From Candidatus Cloacimonadales bacterium (GTDB lineage: Bacteria; Cloacimonadota; Cloacimonadia; Cloacimonadales; JAFGVF01), in NCBI GenBank assembly GCA_963677495.2, contig CAXXOU010000001.1, forward strand, positions 160,001 to 224,000: a stretch of DNA of 64,000 bases, given 5' to 3'. Below, piece after piece: positions 18,914-28,771 of this stretch. Under the pieces are notes generated by a model. It saw nothing but the letters and a program-made list of their open reading frames with translations, searched no databases and had not been told where the DNA came from. How positions within the stretch are numbered: position 1 is the stretch's first letter; every line of letters begins with the position of its first letter. The position numbers and the translations under genes were made by a program.

Positions 18914-21913
18914 CTATTTGATTAATCTAAATGTTCTTATCTCATATGGGGTGAAGCCTAAGTCAAGGCAGTTAGTGCTTTCAGCAACAACTTCATCACC
19001 TGCTTCCAAGAGGTTTGTTTCAACAATCTTACTCCATACTGTTTCGGAGAAGAGAGTTACATCAACTGGTCTACCACAGGTTTCATAAAGTCTAATTATA
19101 GTATCTTTACCGTCTTCTGATGGTTTGACTGTTTCAATCTTAACCTGAATAGCCGGATTAGCACTGTTCTGTTCAATCCTGAAGCAGGAACGGTCACTGA
19201 CTGATTCCTTACCACCAAGATGAATCATCACCGGAGAATTGAGCTCATGAGCAGCCTGGAGCACTTCTGAATGAGTGTAATCACCCATATGTGGCATATA
19301 TGCAAAGGTGAAGTTATGAACTCGCATGTCACAATCAGGATCCGGGTACTTAGGACTTCTGAGTAAAGTAAGTTCCATCACGTTATCTCTGATTCTATGA
19401 CCATATTTGCAATCGTTTAAGAGTGCAAAACCATAATCAGGTTCAGACAAGTCAGCAAATCTATGGGCAGCAGTCTCGAACTTAGCTGCATCCCAACTTG
19501 TGTTGTCATGAGTAGGGCGTTTTAAGCTACCATATTGAATCTCATAAGTTGCTTCACCTTTATGAATAGAGGTTTCAGCAGCAACTCTAAGCATCTTTCT
19601 ATTCTCTTTCCAATCAACTTCTGATTCGATAGTAAGCTGACGTGAGTTCTCTTCAAGAGTGATAATCTCTGTGATTGTAGATTCACCAACTGTGAATTTC
19701 ATCTCCACTTTTACCAAGTCATTAGACTGAGAAATCACTTTTGCTGATACAAGCTTTGCCTGTTCAGGAGTTGTCTCAAGATAGAAATGATTTATATCCC
19801 AGGCATCCCAGTTGTTTGGCTTGTCTTCCCAAAGCAGAAGTGTATTAGCTTTACCTTTAAGAGTCTCTCGGTGAGCTTCTTTATCATACATAGAGATAAT
19901 CTCACCTGTCTCAGAATCAAAGTCGATGCTAAGTACATTGTTCTCAAGGTGGAAATCAAAGTCTACAACATCTAAATCAAGCTTCGAAACTCCGTGTAAC
20001 TGAGCTAATTCAGCTTTATCAATCTTAACATAGCCCATAGCAGGGATTGTTACTGGTACAGTAATCTCTGATTCTTCCATAACAAGGAGCTCTTCTCTGT
20101 CCCAGCTAAGTGAGTTCACAAGGTAATATGCATCATCACCTTCACCAAACATATTCTTCATTAAATCATCTTTGATTTCACTCAGCTTTGTAAGGTTCTC
20201 TTCAGACATCTTGTGAGCATCTTCATAAGCCCATTTTATTGAAGAACCCGGTAGGATATCATGGAACTGGTTAAGAAGGGTATTCTTCCAAATCTCATCT
20301 ATCTCCTGCTTTGGCATTTTGTTAGCCATCACAGCTAAGAACTCAACATCTCTGAGTGTTAGCTCGAGCAATCTATTATACTTCTTCATTAAGGCTTGGG
20401 ATGTGTATGTTCCTCTGTGGTATTCAAGGTATAGTTCACCAACCCAAGTTGGGAGTTTCTCCTTTGGTATCTGGTTTATCTTCTCAAAGAACTCTTCAGC
20501 AAAGGCGAACTTGAACTTTGGAGTTCCTTCAAGATTCTGTTGTCTTTTACCGAACTCTATGTGAAGTCTACCTGGTCCACCACCACCATCACCGATTCCA
20601 TAAAGGTTAAGAAACTCATCTGAGACGTCTGATTGTGCATATCTCTTGGAAGCATTTCTAAGTTGCTCCGGCCAATTAGCTAAGTTATAATCATTCGTTG
20701 GTAAGAAATGTGTTAGGATTTGAGTGCCATCAATACCTTCCCAATAGAAAGTATGGTGTGGGAACTTGTTTGTCTCATTCCAGGAAATCTTCTGGGTCAT
20801 AAAATAGTCTACACCACTTTTCTTAAGAATCTGAGGTAAAGCTGCTGAATAACCGAACACATCAGGAAGCCAAAGGTTCCTAACATCCTTTCCAAACTCA
20901 TCCATATATAGTTTCTTTCCGTAGAGACATTGACGCACAAGAGCTTCTCCACCACTTATATTCATATCAGGTTCAACCCACATTGCACCTTGAAGCTCCC
21001 ATCGGCCTGCTTTCACAGCTTCTTTCACCTCTTCAAATAGCTGAGGATAATCCTGCTTTACCCATTCGTAAAGCTGAGGTTGTGAAGCACCAAACTTATA
21101 CTCAGGGAACTCATCCATCATGCGAAGAGCAGTAGAGAAAGTTCTGCCACCTTTTCTTCTTGTTTCTCTGATAGGCCATAGCCAGGCAAGATCAAGATGT
21201 GCATGACCAATAGAATAAACGGTAAGTTCACTTGCATTTGCTGGTTTACTTAATAGCTCTTTTGTTATCTTCAAGCACTCTTTTATCCCCTGACCCTCTT
21301 TGTAGAGGTTGCAAACTTCATTCAAACCATACAAGACTTTCTGGAAACGAGTTGAATCCTGCTCAAGCTGTTCAGCTAAAGCAATAAGGACTCTCATATC
21401 AAGGTTAAGCTCATACTTATCTTCATTCAGGTATGCAACCTGAGCTTGTTTAAGGATATATTTCTCATCTTTAGCACCAAATAGGTCATTAGCTCCTGCA
21501 TCGAATAGAAGGTCTATCTCTTCTCCACCTTCTGCAACATCGAATAACGGAACCCAAGCTTTGCCAATGTGATGATGATTGTCTCTTTTATATGTAATTG
21601 CAACACGTGGTGAACCATCTTTAAAATACAGTCCTTCTCCGGCTATATCTATGATTACACCAACTTTCTGGCCTTGATACTCTTTTGGGACTTCACCTTT
21701 AAACTTAAACCAGGCACAACCCCAGTTTTCAGCCCAACAGTCTCCAATCTTGATTGGTTTAAAAGTTGCATTAACAGCTTCCTCGTAAGGAATTGGTACT
21801 ATCTTGTCATAGATGAAGCCGACTTCTAAATCAGCCCCTTTAGTAAACCGCTGGGTAAACAGCTCGTGCGTTAGTCTTCTTGCTCTATCTAAATAAATAT
21901 TAATGTTTTTCAT
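18914..21913 (-). CDS. Alpha-mannosidase, GH38
   Basis: GHAHLDLAWLWP, WLPDVFGYS, ELYLEYHRGTYTS, NQFHDILPGS. Confidence 0.95.
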   Translation of the reverse strand: MKNINIYLDRARRLTHELFTQRFTKGADLEVGFIYDKIVPIPYEEAVNATFKPIKIGDCWAENWGCAWFKFKGEVPKEYQGQKVGVIIDIAGEGLYFKDGSPRVAITYKRDNHHHIGKAWVPLFDVAEGGEEIDLLFDAGANDLFGAKDEKYILKQAQVAYLNEDKYELNLDMRVLIALAEQLEQDSTRFQKVLYGLNEVCNLYKEGQGIKECLKITKELLSKPANASELTVYSIGHAHLDLAWLWPIRETRRKGGRTFSTALRMMDEFPEYKFGASQPQLYEWVKQDYPQLFEEVKEAVKAGRWELQGAMWVEPDMNISGGEALVRQCLYGKKLYMDEFGKDVRNLWLPDVFGYSAALPQILKKSGVDYFMTQKISWNETNKFPHHTFYWEGIDGTQILTHFLPTNDYNLANWPEQLRNASKRYAQSDVSDEFLNLYGIGDGGGGPGRLHIEFGKRQQNLEGTPKFKFAFAEEFFEKINQIPKEKLPTWVGELYLEYHRGTYTSQALMKKYNRLLELTLRDVEFLAVMANKMPKQEIDEIWKNTLLNQFHDILPGSSIKWAYEDAHKMSEENLTKLSEIKDDLMKNMFGEGDDAYYLVNSLSWDREELLVMEESEITVPVTIPAMGYVKIDKAELAQLHGVSKLDLDVVDFDFHLENNVLSIDFDSETGEIISMYDKEAHRETLKGKANTLLLWEDKPNNWDAWDINHFYLETTPEQAKLVSAKVISQSNDLVKVEMKFTVGESTITEIITLEENSRQLTIESEVDWKENRKMLRVAAETSIHKGEATYEIQYGSLKRPTHDNTSWDAAKFETAAHRFADLSEPDYGFALLNDCKYGHRIRDNVMELTLLRSPKYPDPDCDMRVHNFTFAYMPHMGDYTHSEVLQAAHELNSPVMIHLGGKESVSDRSCFRIEQNSANPAIQVKIETVKPSEDGKDTIIRLYETCGRPVDVTLFSETVWSKIVETNLLEAGDEVVAESTNCLDLGFTPYEIRTFRLIK

Positions 21914-21921
21914 TCTAACCT

Positions 21922-23397
21922 CTACCGATTAGTTTCTAGTTGTTCTTTATATGTTTTGAAGTCATATCCCAACTTCGTTAAATAATCTTCATGTTTGGGT
22001 ACTACTGATTTGAATGATTCAAAATCTTTGTTGGCATAGTCAGTCCATACAATCTCTGAGAGCGAGAATATACGCGGGATAAGCATATACTCAAACTCAT
22101 TCTCAGTATATATGTGTTCAGTCCAGATGTTAGCTTGAGCACCGATGATAAGCTTCTCCTGATCAGGAGTCAAACCTTCAGGGATTGGATTATACTTATA
22201 TACATCTTCCCAGGATAGAATTGGCAAATCCACTTTCTTATCTTCAGGGAACGGACGTTTATCAAAGTAAAGATTAGCCCATGGTGTCATGATAGCTTGA
22301 TTACCATGTTTCACAGCTTCAATACCACCATCTATTCCTCTCCATGACATCACAACCGCAGTGTCCGCTAAACCACCCTCAAGTATCTCATCCCAACCGA
22401 TTAGTGTTTTACCTTTCTCAAGAAGTACTTTTTCAATCTGACGGATAAACCAACTTTGCAATTCATCCTCGTTCTTTAAACCTTCATCTTTCATACGCTG
22501 TTGGCAGTCGGGGCACTCTTTCCAGCGTGACTTAGGACATTCGTCACCACCAATATGGAAGTATTTACTTGGGAAGAGCTCGCATACTTCATCGATTATA
22601 TCTCTCAAGAAATCAAAGGTTATATCTTTACCTGCACAGTATACATCATCAGTTACTCCCCAAACATCGATTACCTCAAAAGGTCCACCGGTACATGAGT
22701 ATTCAGGATAAGCTGCTAAAGCGGCAACTGAGTGACCAGGTAGTTCAATCTCAGGGATAACTTCTATATGAAGCTTCGAGGCATATTCAACAACATCTTT
22801 AATCTCTTCCTGGGTATAGAATCCACCATAAATGGAGCCATCTTTAGTCTTTCTCCAAGCAGACTCAGATGTAAGTTTTGGATACTTCTTAATCTCAATT
22901 CTCCAGCCTTGATCCTCAGTAAGGTGCCAATGAAACTTGTTAAGCTTATACATAGCCATCAGATCAAGTTGCTTCTTAATAAAGTCGATTGAATAGAAAT
23001 GTCTGCAAACATCAATATGCAAGCCTCTCCAATCGAAAGCAGGTGCATCACTAACCATACCGCACTGGATTTCAACTTCTTTGCCAGTATTGGAAAGTAT
23101 CATCTGCCTTAAACTCTGGAGAGCATAAAACACGCCTTTAGCAGTTGCTGCTTCAATAGAGATAGAAGCTTCAAAAACTATTAACTTGTACTCCTCTTCT
23201 TGCATCTCTTCCCTTTGCAGAATAAGGATTGTACTCCCGGTTTCATCATAATTAATATCACCAAATATGAATGCTAACTGACACTTAATCATCTCTAATT
23301 GATCCGCGAAATGAATAGTATCAATTTTGTAATTCCCCATCTTCATTGAGTCAGGGAATACTTTGCATTCCTTAGGTTTAGGTATTATCCTCATCAA
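21922..23397 (-). CDS. Beta-N-acetylhexosaminidase, GH20
   Basis: WRGLHIDVCRHF, FHWHLTEDQGWR, PEIELPGH, FHIGGDE; no signal peptide. Confidence 0.95.
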   Translation of the reverse strand: MMRIIPKPKECKVFPDSMKMGNYKIDTIHFADQLEMIKCQLAFIFGDINYDETGSTILILQREEMQEEEYKLIVFEASISIEAATAKGVFYALQSLRQMILSNTGKEVEIQCGMVSDAPAFDWRGLHIDVCRHFYSIDFIKKQLDLMAMYKLNKFHWHLTEDQGWRIEIKKYPKLTSESAWRKTKDGSIYGGFYTQEEIKDVVEYASKLHIEVIPEIELPGHSVAALAAYPEYSCTGGPFEVIDVWGVTDDVYCAGKDITFDFLRDIIDEVCELFPSKYFHIGGDECPKSRWKECPDCQQRMKDEGLKNEDELQSWFIRQIEKVLLEKGKTLIGWDEILEGGLADTAVVMSWRGIDGGIEAVKHGNQAIMTPWANLYFDKRPFPEDKKVDLPILSWEDVYKYNPIPEGLTPDQEKLIIGAQANIWTEHIYTENEFEYMLIPRIFSLSEIVWTDYANKDFESFKSVVPKHEDYLTKLGYDFKTYKEQLETNR

Positions 23398-23404
23398 TCA
23401 CTCC

Positions 23405-26400
23405 CTAATATTCAAATAGTTTCTGTAGATCATCTATAGTAAGAGCTTGGAAGACACTTTCTCCCTGTTCGATAATATAATCAAACAACTCTTTCTTATT
23501 CTTCTGAAGACTAAGAATCTTCTCTTCTACCGTACCTTTAGTTATCAATTTATAGACCTGAACTTTCTTTGTCTGTCCAATTCGATGGGTTCTATCAATA
23601 GCTTGATTCTCTACCATTGGGTTCCACCATGGGTCTACAATAATTACAGTATCTGCTGAAGTAAGATTTATTCCAAAACCACCGGTTTTTAAGCTTATTA
23701 AGAAAACTCTTAGATTATGATTGTCGTTGAAGTGGTCAATACGCCCCTGTCTATTCTTAGTTGATCCGTCCATATACTCATAAGGAACCTGCATTTGATT
23801 CAGCATATTTTTAACAATCTTAAGCATCTGTACGAACTGACTAAACACAAGAATCTTTCGGCCACTATCAAGTGCTTCTTGTATAAGCTCTTTTAACATC
23901 TCTGTTTTACCCGAGAGCTCTTCATCTGTCTTGAAGCTATCATCAATCAATGCAGGATGGTTACATATCTGCCTTAGTTTAGTTAAGCCTGCAAGGATGT
24001 GGATATACGATGATTTACTCCTATTCACGGTTCCATCATCATTGAAAACCGGCAACAGTGATTTCTTAATCTCATCAAGTACTTGTAAATAAACCTTTTC
24101 TTGAATTGGAAGCATCTTTGCAGGAATAATCTGTTCCTGTTTATCCGGTAATTCTACAAGCACATCTTTCTTACGTCTCCTTAGTATGAATGGTGCGATA
24201 AGTGAAGTAAGCTTTGCAGTATCTTCCTTAGATGTATACATATTCTTGAAGCGTTTACGTGAAGGCAACAGCCCCGGCATCAGGAAATCAAAGATTGACC
24301 ATAACTCATCCAGGTTATTCTCCATTGGAGTACCGGTTAATGCTAAACGACGTTCTGTATTCAGTTTCTTAATCGCTTTGGTTCTATGTGACGATACATT
24401 CTTTATATGCTGTGCTTCATCAAGTATAACATATCTAAAGTTCTTCTTCTTAAGTTCCTCTAAATCATTCACAATTATTGAGAATGAAGCTATAATAATA
24501 CCGGATTGCATATTCTTAAGCAGTATCTTTCTCTGGTTTTTGTTTCCTTCAAGCACAACAAATGGTAAAGCTGGATTGAATTTACTAATCTCCGCAGCCC
24601 AGTTGTACACAAGGGTTTTAGGGCAAACGACCATTGAAAGCGCATCTGCAGACTGACTTGTCAGCAACGTTATAGCCTGGATAGTTTTACCCAGTCCCAT
24701 CTCATCAGCAAGTATACCACCCAGATGGAAGCGTTCAAGCATCTTCATCCAATAGAAACCTGACTTCTGATAGTTACGCATAATAGCTTTCAAAGTTGGA
24801 GGAATATCCTCTTTCTTTGTTCTCCCTCGAGACATAATCTCATCATACATAGAGGAGAGGAACTTATCACCGAATACTTTAATAGCAGGATTTGTCTCAG
24901 TCAATTTATGCAGGTAAGGCAGGTTATAGGTTGCCATACCGTATACTTTATCTTTCTGTTCTTCTGATTTCTCCATAAGCTTTTCAACATCATCGAATGC
25001 CTTACGGTCCATGAAGTAAAGTAATCGGCCATCCTGAAGCTTCATAAATTTTTGTTTTGACTTGAAGAACTTCTTCAACTCTCCATGCGTGAAGCTCATA
25101 TCTTTGTAACGATACTTAACTTCATAATCAAACCAATCTATATCCTCTTTGCGTCTTGCTTCAATCTCTACGTTAAGATGGACTTTATAGACAAATTCAC
25201 GCTTCAAATCAGGAGATACTTCAATATTCCAATTCTCTTCCGACAGTTCAAATATAGCCTTCTTTAGTAGCTCTATCTGCACTTCCCCTTCAAATTCAAG
25301 AGCCATGTTCTCATTAAGCTTATGAAGCTGATACAATGGCAATGACATAAGAAATGTTGTTACTTCGTTTATAGTCTGCGGTGGAATATAGAACCAACCT
25401 TCATTACCACCTTTGGTGTATTGAATAAGATTGGAATCCATTCGAAGCAGAGATATTGGCAGTTGCCAATCAGGAGTGTATTCCAAGTAACCATCCATAT
25501 TGATCTTCTCCCCAACTTTGCTTAAGTGAAAGTTCACGGTTGGGCGATTATCAAATACTTCAGGCACCTCAATATCTTCATCGAAGTCTAAGTACGATTG
25601 CATCAAAGCCAGCTGCTTCGCTACAACCGAGTGATAGTAAACAAGGTCATGTTTCTTCAAGTGTAAACCACTTGTCATAATCTCTTTAAGAATATCCTGC
25701 TGGAATGGTAAAAACTTAGTGTGAACCGTGTTTCTTATGAAAATGTATGTAGTATTACCAATAAAGAAAGTACCAATATTATCACTGTAAGTATGGGTTA
25801 AAAGATAGTTCTCATCATCAACTTTCCGGATTCTAAAGTTTAGAGACAATGGTTCTTCTGAGAAATGAATACGGTCACCGGTTTCTTTTATAAACACCTT
25901 TCGTTGCAAGAGCTTTAAGACTGGTAAAACATGAATGAAATCCTCTTTATAGATTGTATAAAATATACCCTTATTACTATAGGAGCACTTATAAGTCTGA
26001 ATCAATCTATGTAGTAGAATCTCTTCATCCGGAAGAAGTTTAATCTGACGCTTAGCTTTTTCAAGTTCTTGAGGGGATTCACTAATCGGTGCTTTTCCAA
26101 CAATGAGAGTAGATATTAACCTAACATTCATAGGCGCATATTTAGTGAAATAGAGCCTAATCTTGTCTGTCTTAGGATTATAAATATCACTAACTTCAAT
26201 CTCGCTCTGCAGTATCAGCTTTTCCCAATACTCATTGAAGTTGAGCATATTCTTCTGGTAAGTTACTCTTTCAGAACCATCAATCATATCTGTACTAAGA
26301 TATTTATAAGAGTAGTCCAGTACTGTGAAGTAATGTTCACATGATTCATTTGAGATACATTCACGGCAACTATGCTCTTTAATCTCTTCTTCTATCGGAT

Positions 26401-26593
26401 CATAAACGATCTTAATATCGAGAGCAAGGCGAGGTTGTCGTTCTCTGTCTGCATTGAAGTGGAAGATTACATTCCCCTGCTCATCCCTGTATTTCCAGTA
26501 AAACAGGTCTTCCGGGGTCGTTTCAAAAATAGCTTTCTTATAAGTCCATGTGTTGGAATACTGATGATATTCCTTTCTAAACAATCGAGCCAT
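23405..26593 (-). CDS. SNF2-family helicase with SWIM-like Zn finger and SNF2-associated domain
   Basis: LADEMGLGKT, DEAQ, LTGTPMEN, LRQICNHP, QAIDRTHRIGQ; N-terminal SCREC...CEH. Confidence 0.93.
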   Translation of the reverse strand: MARLFRKEYHQYSNTWTYKKAIFETTPEDLFYWKYRDEQGNVIFHFNADRERQPRLALDIKIVYDPIEEEIKEHSCRECISNESCEHYFTVLDYSYKYLSTDMIDGSERVTYQKNMLNFNEYWEKLILQSEIEVSDIYNPKTDKIRLYFTKYAPMNVRLISTLIVGKAPISESPQELEKAKRQIKLLPDEEILLHRLIQTYKCSYSNKGIFYTIYKEDFIHVLPVLKLLQRKVFIKETGDRIHFSEEPLSLNFRIRKVDDENYLLTHTYSDNIGTFFIGNTTYIFIRNTVHTKFLPFQQDILKEIMTSGLHLKKHDLVYYHSVVAKQLALMQSYLDFDEDIEVPEVFDNRPTVNFHLSKVGEKINMDGYLEYTPDWQLPISLLRMDSNLIQYTKGGNEGWFYIPPQTINEVTTFLMSLPLYQLHKLNENMALEFEGEVQIELLKKAIFELSEENWNIEVSPDLKREFVYKVHLNVEIEARRKEDIDWFDYEVKYRYKDMSFTHGELKKFFKSKQKFMKLQDGRLLYFMDRKAFDDVEKLMEKSEEQKDKVYGMATYNLPYLHKLTETNPAIKVFGDKFLSSMYDEIMSRGRTKKEDIPPTLKAIMRNYQKSGFYWMKMLERFHLGGILADEMGLGKTIQAITLLTSQSADALSMVVCPKTLVYNWAAEISKFNPALPFVVLEGNKNQRKILLKNMQSGIIIASFSIIVNDLEELKKKNFRYVILDEAQHIKNVSSHRTKAIKKLNTERRLALTGTPMENNLDELWSIFDFLMPGLLPSRKRFKNMYTSKEDTAKLTSLIAPFILRRRKKDVLVELPDKQEQIIPAKMLPIQEKVYLQVLDEIKKSLLPVFNDDGTVNRSKSSYIHILAGLTKLRQICNHPALIDDSFKTDEELSGKTEMLKELIQEALDSGRKILVFSQFVQMLKIVKNMLNQMQVPYEYMDGSTKNRQGRIDHFNDNHNLRVFLISLKTGGFGINLTSADTVIIVDPWWNPMVENQAIDRTHRIGQTKKVQVYKLITKGTVEEKILSLQKNKKELFDYIIEQGESVFQALTIDDLQKLFEY

Positions 26594-26850
26594 TAATTCC
26601 TCTTTTCCTTGGTTAACTTGGTTAGATATTGAAAGATAAGTATGTAATATAATGTGGAATTATGGCAAGCAAAATCTTATAATACTGTTCTCTTTATCTC
26701 CTTTACTAAAGTTTCAAAGCTTTGCTAATCACTTGTTATCAACAACAAGTACACTATTTTTGTCATAACATGTTTTGAAGTAACATACACTATGGAGTGC
26801 ACCAACTGTCTTAGTGCGTCATGTCACGAAATCTTAATTTACTTCAATCT

Positions 26851-26952
26851 GTACCTTCGGAATGGTCACAGACCTTCCGAATGGTACACTTCGAAGTTAT
26901 TTGTGTTATATCACAAGAGTACCATTTCGAATGTCTGTAACTATTCGGAAAG
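26851..26952. repeat. ~100-bp dispersed inverted-repeat element with four 14-bp boxes (copy 1)
   Basis: ACCTTCGGAATGGT (26853), ACCTTCCGAATGGT (26872), inverted copies at 26921 and 26940; matches reverse complement of 43377-43484. Confidence 0.75.
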
Positions 26953-26988
26953 TGGAATCACGAAAGCTAAACCAATTTTGTATCGGAT

Positions 26989-27300
26989 TTCCCCCAATCT
27001 TTCCATAATTTTTCCCTAATCTTTCCATAATTTTGCTCAAAATTTTGCTCAAATTTGCCTGCTTCTTCCCTTCCGGTTCCCGGACTAAGAAAGGTGTTTC
27101 AATGGTTACCCACAGGTGACCCTCTCGTGACCCTCTCGTGGAATGCCTCGATTTATCCACATCATGTGGATAAATTGAAAACATATGGAATACTTCTCAT
27201 AAGCACGGAACTAGCACGGATCAAGTAGGCTCATGGAAAACTGGATATGATAGCAGAGATTGAACTGAGACGAGATGGCAGTAGATACTATCGAAATTAA
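26989..27300. repeat. 11-bp-period foldback tract centred on an inverted DnaA-box pair (element C)
   Basis: TTTCCATAATT-type units 26989-27054, GTGACCCTCTC x2 (27116), AGCACGGA at 27202/27213; TTATCCACA-TCA-TGTGGATAA at 27153-27173. Confidence 0.65.
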
Positions 27301-27340
27301 TAGATTTAACAACAAAAATTGTCAAATTACGCATGAATAC

Positions 27341-27368
27341 TTGACATATAAAAACATGGATGTAGACT
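27341..27368 (+). promoter_or_regulatory. Putative sigma70 promoter
   Basis: TTGACA-16bp-TAGACT, GGAGG RBS upstream of ATG 27398. Confidence 0.55.
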
Positions 27369-27397
27369 AATTGTAGTTTTATATTGGAGGATATGCT

Positions 27398-27859
27398 ATG
27401 AAGAGATTTATTATATTTAGTCTTTTCCTTTTTCTGGCAATTGTTACTCTTTTTGCTGAGATTGAAACTCAGTATGGTGATTTATTTGTAAATGTTTATA
27501 GTGGGAAAAAATATAGATTGAAATATGCGAATGTAGTATTGTTTAAGGATGGAACGAACACCCATATTGGTGGCTTGAGTAATGGAAAAGGTATGTGTAA
27601 AATCACTGAAATTCCAACAGGTATGTATGATATAAGGATTTCTAGAATGGGTTACAAAAATCAGATTGTAGATAGTGTTTTAGTCCAAGCTAATCATAGA
27701 ACAGCTATAGAGGTCCATCTGGAGAAAAGAAGTAAGAAACATATGCGCTATATTCATAGACCCTACCATAAATCTATACACAGATCACTACTTCGATACG
27801 CTAGGAAACCGGCAGTAGTTAAAATACTTCTTGATCAGATAGAATGGGAGAATAATTAG
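27398..27859 (+). CDS. Secreted stand-alone carboxypeptidase-regulatory-like domain protein
   Basis: Signal peptide; closely resembles N-terminal extension of the TonB-dependent receptor at 60474-63557 (VLFKDG..T.IGG....G.CKI..IP.G.YD.R.S.M). Confidence 0.75.
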   Translation: MKRFIIFSLFLFLAIVTLFAEIETQYGDLFVNVYSGKKYRLKYANVVLFKDGTNTHIGGLSNGKGMCKITEIPTGMYDIRISRMGYKNQIVDSVLVQANHRTAIEVHLEKRSKKHMRYIHRPYHKSIHRSLLRYARKPAVVKILLDQIEWENN

Positions 27860-27864
27860 ATAAT

Positions 27865-28542
27865 ATGAAGACCTACTCACTTAAACTATTAATAGTAATA
27901 ATGCTATCCACAGTTGCACTGATTGCAGAACAGCCCATAACAAAGGGTTACAGTTATTCGATTGGAGAATATAGAGTGTTTGTTAAACCGATGGCTAGAA
28001 ACTATTCCGGGTCAGGGAAACAAAAATGGGAATCTATTGATTCTGATGGCAATCCAATAAGTAAAGACCTCTACAGAATGACATTCGATGATAATCGGTT
28101 ATATCTACTTGAAAATGAGCTAATACTAAACAGCTATTCCTATGGTGAAATCAATCAGAAAGATAAAATCGAGATTATTAATAAAGTAGTCTACATTAAC
28201 AATACAAAAGCTGAAGGGAGACTTCTTTCGAAAGAGTTTCGTGTTTCCTTAAGCTCTGAGCAATACTTCTCCTCTGCGAAACTTGGTTCTCACACTGTCT
28301 TTGTAGCCCCTGGTCTGGGAATGACAACAACTGATATTGAGAAATTAATGGGGATCTATATCTACACCTATATAGTTGGGGAAACGCATGTTTCAATATC
28401 TAATGATTCCCTGTCTGTTAATGGCAAAGGTTATGGAAATCTGAAAGAGAACTCCATCATCATAATTGAGGAAGGAGAAGTATTCGTGAATGATAAGGAT
28501 AAAATTAAAGAGATTGATACAAATAGGATAACTGATTTGTAG
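27865..28542 (+). CDS. Secreted hypothetical protein with two-fold internal repeat
   Basis: Signal peptide; halves G...VFV.P...L..N...YG......I.I....V..N repeated. Confidence 0.6.
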   Translation: MKTYSLKLLIVIMLSTVALIAEQPITKGYSYSIGEYRVFVKPMARNYSGSGKQKWESIDSDGNPISKDLYRMTFDDNRLYLLENELILNSYSYGEINQKDKIEIINKVVYINNTKAEGRLLSKEFRVSLSSEQYFSSAKLGSHTVFVAPGLGMTTTDIEKLMGIYIYTYIVGETHVSISNDSLSVNGKGYGNLKENSIIIIEEGEVFVNDKDKIKEIDTNRITDL

Positions 28543-28543
28543 A

Positions 28544-28612
28544 ATGTAAAGCGACCACCCTTGGTCGCACTGAAATGGTACAGTTCACCGATCAAGGGTG
28601 ATCGGTTTACAT
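28544..28612. repeat. Inverted REP-like doublet (REPIN-like)
   Basis: ATGTAAA-GCGACCA-CCCT-TGGTCGC (+, 28544-28568) and ATGTAAA-CCGATCA-CCCT-TGATCGG (-, 28588-28612). Confidence 0.7.
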
Positions 28613-28771
28613 TGTACTGTGACTCTCCTGAGTTGCTGTGACGACGAAGTCGGCAACTTCCACTGACCGAAACTGTCAATGGCAGTGAGAAATGGTACAC
28701 GATGGCAGTGAAAAGTGGTACAAAACTGCCAACCTTTAAAAATGACTACTTCAAGACAGTTTGGAGTAGGT

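Noticed and set aside
27100..27180. Chromosomal oriC
   Set aside because: Only two perfect boxes (plus one near-match), no dnaA/dnaN/gidA/parAB context, no switch in gene-strand bias, and the motif recurs at 43237
26792..27184. ORFs 26792..27019 and 26906..27184
   Set aside because: Translate through non-coding repeat elements; no recognisable protein features
28715..28771. Longer istA start given by ORF track
   Set aside because: GTG lies within the terminal repeat; ATG 28772 has an RBS and begins the HTH
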